A DNA stretch of 42,844 nt, taken from contig CAJVPI010000203.1 of assembly GCA_910592345.1 (NCBI GenBank), positions 1 to 42,844 of the forward strand, written 5' to 3'. The notes beneath the pieces were generated by a model. It saw nothing but the letters and a program-made list of their open reading frames with translations. It was not told the origin of the DNA and did no database searches. The position numbers and the translations under genes are program-made. Within the stretch, counting starts at the first letter, position 1; the number at the start of each line of letters is the position of its first letter. Below are positions 24,137 through 37,600 of this stretch, piece after piece. This DNA comes from Paraglomus brasilianum. Its lineage: Eukaryota.

Positions 24137-27062
24137 CTACTGCCCACCCATCCTATTCTTCTTTTTACTTTCCCATACGCTTCTTAGTGTCTCTCTCACT
24201 GTTTCCAAGCTCTCCTCCCAGCACCCTTCAGCACATCCAACGATCGTATCAATATCGTTCTCACTAAACACAAAATTACTAGTTGCGCAGATCTTGTCGT
24301 TGATAGGATCAAACTCGGGATATTTCTTGCACGGTAGATTGGGCATATACACGAGTCTTACGTCTCTTCCCTGAATGACACTCTCACCACGCTCATCCAC
24401 AGGTTCACATTGATACACTTGGACGTAAGCATCCTTAAATGTTTCATGTATGGCATCGGGTTTACCTCGCAATTCGGGCGTAAGAGTCTGAGGAATAGAC
24501 GGGCGAGTCGGAGGTGATTGAAGAGTAAAGCGGATGCCCCGCCGTGAAAGAAATTGATTGGCCATACGATCGAAAAAGTCATTGTGCATCGTCTCTTTGC
24601 TCCCGTCAACGGTGAGTATTACGTCTACATTGCGATTGGCGCGAGTTAGGACGTACCATGGATGGTTATTATCCATTCCTACGAAGAAGAAAAAAAGATG
24701 AAAAGGAATTATTACAAAGAATTATTAAATTACTAGCAAGAAATGACTATACAATTCAACGGATCAGTGTAGGTAATACACATACGTCACACGCGCGCTC
24801 CCCCTCCACGCACACACACTCAACCTACCAGCGTCAAGCAGGCGAAGATAATCTGCCGTTAGGATACCGGGCTCATATGGTGGATCACGTAGGAGATGGA
24901 ATGGATTAGGATCACGGCCAGTGTGAATAGGATGATGACTTTCGAGCTCGTCAATTCTATGTGAGCCTAAACGTTCACCTATCTGTGATGTAGAGAAAAC
25001 GTGAATGAGAAAATGTAGCGTGGATGTTTAAAAATTAACGATATGAATATAAGTATTGTAGAAGAAAGCGTTTTACATTTGTAGAGGCTTGACGTATTTC
25101 TTTTCCTATAGGAACAAGGTATGAACAGTCAGTATGCGCCAACAATGGATCGTAACATTACCAGCCCATTATAAGTGATTCCCTCCAGATGTATTCCAAT
25201 ATTATTTCATCTCTACACATTTCTCTACAACATTTTACTGTCTACCATTTCCCATCTCGCATCTCATCCAACTCACCAAGCCAGTTTGCCGGTAATTCAC
25301 GATCTGCCAAGTGGACGTATCTTTGTGTGGGAGCACTCTGAGCATTGGTCATATAGCCCAATTCCAGACCAAAATTTTGTTCAGGGACTTTATCAATACT
25401 TTGACCTTTGTCAAAGCTACGCCCAAACGCCCAGGAAGGAATATATGCTATGGAATAAAGTAGGATAGCTTAGTATAAGGATAGGCAATCAATTGAAAGA
25501 AGTCCGAGTAACAGTATTATCCGAAAATATCCATACCTGCGATTTCATCGTTGCCTATTTCAAATGGAGTAAATTCAACCCATTGAAACCAAGATTTCTT
25601 GTTACCGTGTTCTTTATCATCAAACTCGTCAAGATCTTCATCGATACCATTATCAATCTATAAGGATAAGTAAGGCAATTGATGAGGGTAAATCACTGAA
25701 CTAAGTCGTACATGGAATGCTGAGCCACAAGTTTATTGTGATACCTCTTGTGCTTCTTGGACATCTTTCCATGGTCGTTCATGACGAACTCTGTTGTAAA
25801 ACGACAGCAGACATTTATTAACCAAGACCAATGTCGTATTAAATAAATGACTCACTCTCATTCTTACGCGACATAAATCGGCATGGGATGTTCCCCGGTT
25901 TCGACCAATTTCTTTTGTAACGACAACTTGAAATCTTTGGGATCCAGCTTCTCATCCTTCCTAAAGAAATATGCCCCTAACACAGCTCCATAGATATCAG
26001 TCGTATTGGTCGGACAGTTTCTCAGTCTTTTTCGTTCGACAGCGCCAAATGTCAACTCAAGTCCATTTTCCAATTTGGCAAGATTTAGAATGAATGAAGG
26101 GGAGAATGGATGAATGGTATAAGCACTTTTGAATTGCTCAATGGTAGAATCAACGGAGCCGGACGATACGGTATAGTAAGTTGCTATACCCCAACAAGCT
26201 CCAGAAACACCTTGTTATCGTGAGGCAGTTAAAAACAAATATTGGAATGGGCGTTGTGCGAATTGATAAAAAAAGAATGCAAAAGTTTGATTTGCAATTA
26301 CCGGTAAAGTACGTTACGCAGTCCCATAAACCTGCCTTCTTCATTCCGCGGACATAGCCTGTTGAGAGACAAAAGTGGTAAATATTCAGAATCAATGTGC
26401 ATGGATGAATACGTATAATGATTTGAGTTCTTACCAAAGGTATCGATATTAGATCTCATACCACCGCCGCTGTAATAACAATGATAATTTATATTAATAC
26501 ATTACAGTTCCAAAACTCGAGCTAACTTGGATTGGGCAAAATCCTTCTGAATTCTTGCTATCGTTTTCAAGCTCATTGCCTATGTAAAACTTTCTTCACC
26601 CTTTCTCGAACAATCTCACCTTCCAGTAACAGCAATCACGGGAATGTCATCTTCATGCACCTCACTCGGATCAACGCCGATAAATTTCGCAAAACTTTCC
26701 CTTGCTTTTCTCTTTCTAATTTCCACAAACTTTATCTCCTCTTCACTCAACTCATTTCCTTGTCTAACGTATGCAACCCTTTCTAGCTCGGGATTGGCTT
26801 CTTTGTTCACCAAATCGCAGGCGACACTCTTTTTCAGTTCTTTAGCATCATTAAACAAGGTGATGTTCTTTACAAGCTTGGGCTGGGAGTCGAATTTGTG
26901 TTTGAATGTGTCCCATCCTTCCTGCAAGTATTCTGTAATGCGAGCGTATGTTGTAGTAGTTGTAGTAGTAGTTGTTGTCGTCGTCGTTGTCGGTGTTGAG
27001 GCAGGAGTCGTGCCAGTTGCATTCTCTACAATCTTTCCTTGTGCATCATCTTGGGTGGTCAT
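24137..27062 (-). CDS. Cytosolic phospholipase A2 / lysophospholipase (PLA2c domain)
   Basis: Multi-exon. Splicing restores IPVIAVTGSGGGMRS, nucleophile motif GVSGACW, WFQWVEFTPFEIG, and catalytic-Asp motif LLDAGMDNNHP...RNVDVILTVDGS. N-terminal poly-Thr, no signal peptide. Confidence 0.9.
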
Positions 27063-28399
27063 TTCGATACAAGTGTGATCAAAAGTTAGAAATTACAGTA
27101 CTTTAATACTGCCAAGAAATTCTTATGCAGAATGCAGATCATAGGAGTATTGCAATTGTTTATACCGCTTAGACTACCTACAATAAAAGCAGAGTGACCT
27201 TTATTACCAGGCCAGACAAAGATATTCCACTGTTGGGGAAACATAAAATATTTAAGGTTTAATATTTCTGTGGTATACTAATACAGACTGATAGTACAAG
27301 TATAAGTAAAGATGTTAGTTTAGTATTAGGTTAACGCCACCCCAAAAGATGATACACAAGCCAGCCGAATTCGTACGTCAAACGTTATACCGTTACATAG
27401 TCTGTAAAGAATGAATCACTGTAAGGATTTGTATTCTCCCAAAACATTACAGCTTCCGGGATGATGCAAACGGAACGAAAAGGCAGCAAACGTTAATAAA
27501 ACTACAGTTATTCCAATTATAATAACATAGATAAATAAAGAACGCAAAACTCTAATTATAATAACATAGTGGTATAATACTAGCACCGTGCAAGGGTTTA
27601 ATATAGCCAGCGTGCATTTAATAAGAATTTGTACAACGCAACGAAAAGTATATCATTAAAAATATTAATTTATAGTTTTTTCATTAACAAATCTTTAAGA
27701 ATCTTATCTGTTCACATGTGTCTTCTTAAATTAAGCATATATTTTAATGACCAATAATAGTGATCTCGGTACTGTCATCCATTTCCCTCATCGATGTCTT
27801 CTTTAAACATCTCCGCGATTTCCACTAGCGCATCAGATATTACTACGAAAGAATGATAATGGTTACGATTAGAGATATAAATAGCTTGCTAAGACAATTC
27901 ACTGAACAACGACAATATTAATAACGATTAGAGATATAAAATTTTAGGGGATCGTCCAATTTTGGGGTTCATGGAGATTTGCGTTCTTTTATTGTCTACA
28001 CCTACGATTGAACGCTAAAGGTGTACCAGGGGATTCAATCATGGCACGTATAACATGTGTCATGTAATAGTAACACAAAAATGTTCTCAAAAGTTTATAA
28101 TCCAGCAATGGGTAACTTTTGTAAAACAAATCTTATACACCTAACTGGATTCCTTGCTCACAGATTATCGAGCCAACTCGAATTAACAAAGCCTGCTACG
28201 CTATTCACAAGCAAACGCAGGGTAATGGTAATAATAATGTTGTTGCTATTTCTTGGAAACAGCGAAGAATGTGCACCAACACTTGTGAGTGAGTTTGTCA
28301 GAAAATACTCGCTTCCAACACACAGGCACAATAATGATATCAATTTAGACGATATAAGACCGTCGCAACTACTTGATAAAGGGATTTGCCGAGTATAGC

Positions 28400-29160
28400 A
28401 GTAGCTATTACATGGTTGCTAAGACACGCTTTTACTGTTGCTATTCTCGATATGGATTCTGCTCCGTATGTGGCATCTTCCGATGTAGTCCTGTGTGGTG
28501 CAATTTGCAGACATAAACAATTATCCAATAATAATAAGCAACTCGATGAGTTTATACTCACCAAATGATGCCTACTTAGAATGGATTCCATTGATGTTAG
28601 GGCATATGGATTTGGACACTTGTATGGTCTACCTATTCTTACCATCGGATTTACATACGATAAAAGTATTGTCTAATAAAATATGTCTGGCATGTATACG
28701 TCGATTAGAACCTAAGATAAATGTATTCTGTTATGGATGTAAATCCCCAACATCTCCTGATCATGCTCAAGTCTTTGGATTTATTCATTATGGAGTCATG
28801 GAGTAATGTGAAGAATAAGGATGATGCCTATATACAATGGACAGAATATTCTCGATTACGATTGACGAACATACAAGAAATGACATCATTACGACATATA
28901 GCGGATTGGTTAGATCCGAGAACAAATAAACTGACAATCGTGGCACTCAAGCAAGATAGTAATAGTTACTTGATTTTCATCAGGTAAGGATTAAATAATG
29001 CAAGTAGTATCAAGGATGCGTCGCGTATTAATTGATGATTGTGTTGTTTACTCAAATAGCTAACTCGGGAATACCCGAAGATATTGACTCCCGAGAATAC
29101 CTTGATAATTGAAATCGCCCAAGAGCCATCCACTCAAGCATACTATTTAGTTTCTACCAT
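28400..29160 (+). pseudogene. Truncated kinase-family pseudogene, copy 2 (N-terminal region)
   Basis: NKQLDEFI, NDAYLEWIP and ESWSNVKNKDDAYIQWTEYS...ADWLDP..DFHQ|GT with frameshifts. Colinear nucleotide similarity with ~7135-7840 and 8670-8770. Ends at a pogo TIR. Left limit is approximate. Confidence 0.75.
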
Positions 29161-30773
29161 TGTTGAAATTCACTTTACGATCTCGCAGAATTGCTTATTT
29201 CGAAAGTTATGTGACTTTGTCGATATACTGTAAATATCAAATAAAAATATTGATTTACAGTGACACCTCTATAAATGCAACCCCTATAAGTGCAATCCCC
29301 GGTCCCAAGCATGGATATTTGTGGTCCCGTCCTAATACTAATGGCTCTAACTGCAACTCACGTGATTACCGTAATGTTATTTGTTGCGGAAAAATGATCA
29401 TCACAATGTAGCAGTAGTACAAAATCTGTTTCGATATAGTAATAGTAATCAAATTTCAAACATCACAATTCGCGCGCACAACATTATTTGTTATAGATCC
29501 AGTTTTATGTGTGAGAAAGAATTCTTTGTAAAGCATTGCTATTTTCTTTTTTCAGTGTTTGAGTTTGATTCCGCTTTGAAACAGCAGATTGATTATATTG
29601 TTACTAGCGGAAGATATCGTTTATTTTGAGCTTCCTGAAAGTGACGATGAAGAAACTGACGATGATAGTAATGAAACCCCAATAGTGAGTGCTCGTGAGG
29701 CACTAAAAAGTTTAGGAAACGTAAAGACATTTCTAATTTAACAAGAGGAAGCCGGTAGATATTTAAAGGCTGTTAATAGTTTGGAGAAATTCATTCGCGA
29801 AAAAAAGCGTAAATTCGACGAAACAAAGTAGCATAACACAATTCTTGGTTAACAATTAGGGATATTTATAATCAACCTTTTACGTAAAGTTAGCTGGAAA
29901 GTTTTAATAAAGTAAATCGTTAAAATGTCTTTCCTAAACTATTAATAGCTTCTGGAGCGCGCCATCCAAGTCTTAGCATTCTAGTAATACCAAACCGGAA
30001 GGCTAGACTTTTAGACAGCGAGGCGTTTGACTTCGATGAATATATAATAACGGTCTCCGGTTGCATTACATGTGACCACAATCGAAACGCGTCTTTAAGT
30101 TGTTTCGTTTCGTTCCCGAGATTGGTGCATGAGCTAGAGCATGATTGGTTCGACTTTCCAAAAACGAACTGTTTGTCACAGCTGTCTATGTCGCTTAGGT
30201 TGTTGTGAAAAATTTACTTGAAGTTCTTTATTTTGTAAATATTACCATTAAAAGTAATTCCATCTTGAGGAAAATAACTTTTACGTTCTTGTTTTCGAAT
30301 TCTGTCATCCTCAAATGCCAACCATCTGTCTTTTGTTTTCAAGATTCCACTAACAGTAGATTCTCCAATGCCATACTCGAATTCGTTATTTCAATATTTT
30401 TTAAACGCGGATAACTTTTTGACACTCTTCCTTTTCTTGAGCAATTGTAAGCGTTGTAAGTGTTCGTGGTTTTTCTGACATGACGTTTCATTATCTTGAG
30501 AACGTTTTGGAAGTTGATTCCAGCATCTTTGATCTTACTTGATAGGGAGCAAGTGTATTATAAAAGAACAAACAAAAGAAATGCTTTACAGTTTTTATTG
30601 ATTCTATTGTATAGTGAACTTTGTTATACAAATAAATTTGCCAAGTGAATGGGTTTATAATACATGGTCTATGAAAACTTCGTTCAACGTTATACGTTTA
30701 TCTTGTTAAGAGCGAACTGGTCGTTATAAGCCATCTTCGTTCAAGTGAGATTTCATTAAAGTGAATTTCACTG
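29161..30773 (-). mobile_element. Defective pogo/Tigger (Tc1/mariner superfamily) DNA transposon
   Basis: 14-bp inverted match TGAAATTCACTTTA (29164-29177 and 30757-30770). Minus-strand remnants from ATG 30481: TLTIAQ..EYGIGESTVSGILKTKDRW (HTH), then FWKVEP..PISGTKR..RVSIVVTCNATGD..LPVWYY*NAKTWM (DDE_1 region), with stops and frameshifts. Confidence 0.8.
29258..29850 (+). mobile_element. Second pogo/Tigger fragment nested in opposite orientation
   Basis: TA|CAGTG... TIR-like start, and a transposase C-terminus DDEETDDDSNETPIVSAREALKSLGNVKTFLI*QEEA...KQSSITQF at ~29643-29845. Confidence 0.7.
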
Positions 30774-31131
30774 TGTTACGGATGTGTACAGTGACATTAT
30801 TATTGCTATTAGGTTTAGTATGCTTTGAAAGAGTTACGTTTTTAATTCATAAATTTAATGAACAAAGTACAAGTAACATCGTTCTTAGTTATAAACGAGC
30901 TTGGCATAAAATCTTTATATTAAAGACATTTATTTGTAACAGAATGCTGCAATTATTTCTTCATTAACTTTAGACCATATTCAGTCAAAGTGCTTGGCTC
31001 GCCCCCAATGAATTACTTCGAGGGGCATTCCCAACCGTTAAGGTTTCATTATTGTTTTTTTTAATTATATCTGATATTATATTTGATAATCGTATTTTCG
31101 TGTGGTTGGCCAATTTTTTTTTTGTAATACT

Positions 31132-31133
<2 letters not shown>

Positions 31134-31166
<33 letters not shown>
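31134..31166. repeat. (TAT)n microsatellite
   Basis: About 11 TAT units. Confidence 0.9.
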
Positions 31167-31191
31167 GTAGATCAGATCTGAGTGAGGAATT

Positions 31192-31328
31192 TACCTGCCA
31201 GGTCGCACAACCCGACACGTCGTACAGTCCATAATATTTCTATTTATGGAAGAGAAGTTATCTGAATGTCCAATGAAAGGATAGTATTTGAGCCTGCAGA
31301 CCTGGCAGGTTGTGCGACATGGCAGGTA
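31192..31328. mobile_element. ~135-bp MITE-like element with terminal inverted repeats and TA flanks
   Basis: TA-CCTGCCAGGTCGCACAACC ... GGTTGTGCGACATGGCAGG-TA; 18 of 19 positions match inside the TA dinucleotides. Confidence 0.7.
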
Positions 31329-31408
31329 TGAGCGAGTATCACTTGTGTCAATTCATTTAATATTAATATGTGTGCATCCATCGCATGGTATAATGGGCAC
31401 TTTTGACC

Positions 31409-33647
31409 ATGATTTTCTCTTCGTTATTACTAAAGCTAATCTCACCTGAAGTATTCGTACTGTGCCTTGGTGCATTCATTGCCGTGTTCGTTTATTGGAG
31501 TCGTCGTCCGAAGCTTGTGAGTAAAATTGGCGTATACATGCTAATATCTTTCGGCGATGCAACTACTTTACTTGACTTTCAATCGAATAGAATGAGCCTC
31601 CTTTAGTACCTTACAAGTATCCGTTAATAGGCCATACTCTTGAGTACCTGCGAGACTCCGAAGGCCTTCTGAAAAGATGTCACGAGCAGGTATTTTAGCT
31701 ACGATAAGGGTCATGTTATTCTCGTTTAATACATGGTATTCTGACTCCATTGATTTTTTAGTATGGAGACATGTTTTCATTGTACTTATTTCGTGAAGTG
31801 TATACTATCGCGAGCAATGACTTAGCATACGAGATGTTTAGATCAACTAATTTCAGCTTCAAGGAGGGGCTTGAGCGGGTAAGTTGCTTGAACTGCTGTC
31901 TTTTTTGCTCCGCCACCATCACCATCGTTGTCATAATAATTGACTATGTTTATGTTTGTCAGATGTTCCCGCTTGGTGACATTATCGGATCAAAAGCATA
32001 CCCTGGAAATGCAGCCGTGTTACTCAAGGATAGGTTTTACAAGCATGTTGACGATTGTTATTCGCGTATCTATCGTGAATTACAACATAATATCGATCAG
32101 TTAATTGGTGACTGCGAGGAACCCAAGTTGATTAACAACTTTGACGAAATTTCAATGACCATTATCGCACGGGCAATGGCAAATCTCTTCGTTGGCGAAG
32201 TAGGGATATTATATTTGTCATGAAGTGCGTGACACGTAGTGTCAGATTAAATCGCATATTGATACCTTTTTGTCTTTTAGGAACTGTGCAAGGATGACGA
32301 GATCGTAAAAGTGTTTGCGACGTTTGCTACTACTCTAATACGAGTCAGAAAACTTTCTTCAATCGCGTATCTCATTCATCCTCGTCTCCAAACGGAATAC
32401 ATCAAGTACGTGATGCAATAATTCGTTGGTGTTAAATATAGAGTCTCGAGATTTCTGACTGGTATTTGTCCAATCGATTGAATTAATTAATATCATATCC
32501 ATGCACACTTTATTCAGATTAGTCTTTAAATATGGAGACAATTCACCGCAAAAGCATAAGGACCTTTTGACAAAGAAGTTAAAGCCTATTTTCGAGAAAC
32601 GTTATCAGGACATGCAACAGTTTGGAAATGAATGGAAGCGTCCCGTAAGTCAGCCAATTGACAAAATCGGGTTTCCCCTGTTATCAATGTCCATTAATTG
32701 TATGACCGTACATTTTCACAGGATGATCTAATTCAACTCCTCTTGGAATATTCCATTGACATGTTTGGTAAAATTCACTACGACTGTATAGCATGTCGTA
32801 TGCTAACGCTTATATGGGCTTCGATCCATACTACTAGCGCAAATCTTTTAAACACGCTCAATGGTATGTTAATCACGAGATAAATACGAGAAAACTACAG
32901 AAAAGATGTTGAACACGTGATATGGTTTGTCAATTAGATTATGCGGGAAGGTCTGAGTACTGGAATGATCTGAGAAAAGAACAAGAGGTCATAACAGACG
33001 GTCTTGATTTCGACTTGACTATGGACCGAATGGAGAAATTGGATAGTTTTGTCAAAGAATCTAATCGTCTGATGGGGCATATCTGTAAGTACGACTCGTT
33101 GATAGCAATAGACGCCGGATGTTATTTGTTACATTTTCAATTCTACTCCAAATGCTCTCAATTATTGGTTTATCGCATCCAGTAATGCTCCCTCATTGTG
33201 CAACGTGTCCGTCTTTTACGTTCAGTAACGGGTATCAAGTTCCCAAAGGTATGTTATTTATCTAGTCTCTATGTATTGTTCAAATAAGTGTTCGATCCCA
33301 CTATAAATGAACCTTTCTCGATATTAGGTCGCCTGGTATTGATGAACAACCTCACCTACATGTCCAATTCTTCTCTGCACGGTGATAATCCGGAGACGTT
33401 TTCTGGATTCCGACACGTCAGCAAGTCTCCATTCGCTAGAGTCGGTAGGGACTCGATGGCTTTTGGGCTAGGAAAACATGCATGTCCGGGTAGATGGTTA
33501 GCTAGTAGGAACATCAAGATGGCAATGTCAATACTTATTAGAAAGTATGAGATTAGCACTCTTGACGGAAAACGCCCGAAGTACCCTATAAAACGCGGGA
33601 TTAGTGTTCTAGGTCCTCTGCCTCTAACTTTTAAGAAGAGGAAGTAG
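31409..33647 (+). CDS. Cytochrome P450
   Basis: About 10 exons. N-terminal anchor then NEPPLVPYKYPLIGH, I-helix WASIHTTS, ExxR (ESNR), PETFSGFR and heme motif FGLGKHACPGR. Confidence 0.95.
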
Positions 33648-34670
33648 AATGACTATGGTTGTGTGGACAATCATTGGTCAATGGCATTAATTCTACCACT
33701 TTGTGACAATATTAATATTAATGTATAGATATTCTTAATTATCTCGACAGGTGCTTTTAACTTAAATAAAGATTTATTTACAGATTATGCTGTAAAAAGG
33801 GCGCCTCGTTCTTCGACATATAAACCATTTCCTTACCATCACTGACTGACAAACGCGATATTCATCACACCTGATGCTATCATATTCTCATCCTTGAGTT
33901 TAACCTGAAGGATTGCCGTTATACAACTCGCTATTGTTCGAGTTTTAAAACGATGAAATGCACTGGGCTTCTGAACAAGTTGAGTGAATCTTGGTAATAA
34001 TTTTGCATCAATCACACTTCTCTTCTACGTGCAGTCCTCTATACGAACATCCGCCAAATTGCAAAAGACACCATTCAGTCATTTGTGACTATCTTAATTT
34101 CTAATCGTAATAGCCGACGATTTATCACAAGCTTGACCAAAACGGGTCGTTTGCAACTTGGCAGATGGATTGGAATATGATCGAATCGACAATCCGTTTA
34201 TCGAGCTGAAGTTCAAAAAAAAATTAAAAGGATATTTTTAATATCGTTAATAAATAAGAATTCCTAACTATTCAATCTGTAGCTGAGGCTTTGGATTTCA
34301 AAAAAAGCTCTAACGTTTTGTATAATGCAGAAAATTGTTTAATCAGAATGAAAGCAATAAGAGATGAATGAGGGAAAAAAATTGTAATAGTATCAGGTAG
34401 ACTTGTAGTTTATTGCTCATATGTCGGCTTTAAACGCATAAAAAATGATAACTAGTAAAGGGTTTTTGAACCATCTTAAGAAGAGCTATGTGCATATTCT
34501 CATAGCTAAATTATTGTATTCATAGCCCTTCCCAAGGCGAATAACATACCTTCTTAATGACCCGAATTCGAGCCAATGAATAGGTTGTATTTATCTCGCC
34601 CATTGTTTACCATTCATAATCTATTATACTTATTGTCACAACCGTCAGTTCCAAAGATTGGAATTCATAA

Positions 34671-37600
34671 TTAATCCTCACCAAACAATTCAGTCAGCTT
34701 CTCTTTCAAAGGTTTCAACCATGATGGTTTTATTATACAGTCATTCATGCCGGCCTCTAAACATTTTTCACGAATTCCTGCTGTGGCAGATGCGGTCAAT
34801 GCAATAATCGGAATCTTCTGAAATTCCGGACCCAATAACCTGATTGCTCGAGTTGCTTCAAATCCCGACATAACAGGCTAGAATTAATCGAAATACAAAC
34901 GAGTAAGTGAATGAACAAAGCTTTGCACTCTAGTTACAGATAACAGTGGTTCATTATAATTCGCATCACAGACTCATGTCCTTATTATTCCAATAGGTTA
35001 AGACGTTAAAGTCTGAAATACCAACCAACAGGTGGGAACCAAGTTGCTCAATATCAATTATTATTATTTTCCTTACCATTGAACAGTTCATCAGAATCAA
35101 CAATATATCCGTTTTGGTTTCTAATGACTGAGAGTCAACCGCGTTAGAACTACTGCTGCTTTCGCATTGACTCTTCCCAAATCTCGTCTTCATAAATTCA
35201 ACAGCTTCTTTTCCATTTTCTGCTTTTATATACCGGTAACCTAACTTTTCCAATTGTATTTGGACAACCTACGAAACAATGAACGCATTGGTATGCAACA
35301 TTCTTCTAGTTAAGATACAGCATTTAACTTAAACTATACCTTTCGTTCGGTGGCGTTATCTTCCTTATATTTATGAATAGCACGAACGAAATAGTGAATA
35401 CGTCGTCAGTGTTAATAGAATTTTCATAATTTTTAACTGAAATAGATGCCAGGAAGTATTGAATTAATTACCACATGAAGTATATATTTAGATGATTTTG
35501 CAATTCTTCTTCTTGAAATGTCTGTTCTTTCCTCATCGTTATGTTGATCCCTGAGTTCGCTAGAAGCCAATCTCTTTATTGGAAGAGGTCTAACAGTGAC
35601 AGCTTCAGGCTTAAATTCACTCTCACTTTTTGAGGACATTTTAACACCTCGCACCACCGCTGGTCCGTCTGGATAGCTAGTTACAGGTCGGTTATGATAA
35701 TAAGATTTGTCATACGCCGACAGACGAACCTTTTCGTTATTCTCGTTTCCAGGCCCAGTCATAAACATATCGAAATTTGAAATACATTCCATCATACGCT
35801 TCCGTGTTATTGGCTTACAGATAGCGGCAGCATTGTCTCCTATTCTTTCGATCATATCCTTTCCGAGAGAGCATCCTGCAATTGACCAGAACACCATCAA
35901 CACAATCGATAAATGGTTTCCACAGATATGCTTCAGTTCTTTGGCCACATTCTCGACTTGCATAGCATTATTGTTTCCCACGCTGAAAAATACAAATTCG
36001 CAAAGGGGTCTACCGTATTTCTTTTTATGTTCTCTGGCCGCCTCAAGTGCGCTGTTACAATCTGAATATGTATATACCGCTTCGACGCTTCCTCCTATCA
36101 GAGTAGCGTAAGCTGATCTAGCCACCTCCACAGAATCGATAATAAGAACTTTTCTAGATTTTGCTGACAAAAAGCCTTGGCATTTCGGTTGGTCTGGCTG
36201 AGCTTGCAAAGTGTTATGGTCATGTAACATTGGTACAGTTGACAGAGGCATACGTTCGATATTCCAGATAAACCAGAATTTACTTCCTCTACCAAGCTCA
36301 CTTTCAACCCCAGATTCACCACCGCTCAGGTTAATTAGATTTCTACATATAGAGAGACCTAAGCCAGTACCATCTTTACCACGAGTCATCGAAGCATCTC
36401 CTTGATAAAAACTTTCCCAAATACGTTCAATAGACGCCGGATCAACGCTAAAAATGGTTTAGAATGAGAACGGAAGGAAGAAAGAGGAAGGCACACATGG
36501 TAAAGTAAGATCTTACCCCACACCAGTATCTGATACTTCCACATATATGCGATCCTTATAGTTGTCGCAAAATTTATCACCAACTGTTATATCATCGCTG
36601 TTTCTTATTGACAGTTTTACTACAATTTGACCACTATCCGTAAACTTTATCCTAATAAATTGAAAGCATTTAATATTTCGTTATTAAACAGTACTATTTG
36701 CAAGTAGCTGATAAAGAGAATTCACTATTCTTACGCATTAGATAATAGATTCAGTATCACTTGTTGCAGTCTCTCCGGATCTGTCTTTACATATTTCGGA
36801 AGTACCAGTGGCTCATATAAAACGATCAACTCAAGCTCCTTTGCGCTCGCACGCTCACCAAATACTATTATAGTCTTTTCTATAAAATCAAATAAATCAA
36901 AGGTACGGTTTATCAAAGTAAGCTCGTGTTTTCTCAAACTCGCTGCATCTAGGATATCGTTCACTACGGACAGGGCAGCATTGGTTCCACGTGATGTTAC
37001 GTCAACAACATCCTGATGTTCAGGTGTAAGGGGTGTCCTTTCAAACGCAGTGAGTGTCCCAGAAATTGTGTTCAACAGAGTACGAAGCTCTATTGATTAA
37101 CCAAATGTTGTTATTGTATTCGCTGGAAGTAAGCGTCAGTACAACAACTTCTTACCATAAGACGTATTGGTTAATATCAGACTTTTGGCTTTATTAGTTT
37201 CTTTAGCAGCCTGGACTTGTGCTTCTCGCTTTAGTTTCTCTTCGACAAGGATGGCATGGCTGATGGCTAGACTCGTTTGGTTTGAGACCTGTCGCAGGAA
37301 AGCTCTCTCCCGCTCTGTCCAATTACTACCTGGTTGGCGGTAAGCAACAAACCATCCCCAAGGAGATGATTTCAGACGAATAGGTACACTGATAATGGAA
37401 ACATGCTGATGCAATATTCTCGAGTTGCAATCTGTACATATTTTTACATCCAAGTTGTCAGAATCACATTCTTCATACAATAGCATATGTGATCTTGCAT
37501 GTCTATGACAGTGGTCAATAGTACACTCCGAAATTGTTGAGGTTTCACTACCGGCCGTGTTTTTGTCATCAGCTGAACATGAAAATTTACACCCAACAAT

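Noticed and set aside
26644..27078. Plus-strand ORF with poly-Val resembling a TM protein
   Set aside because: It is antisense to the poly-Thr microsatellite in the phospholipase first exon.
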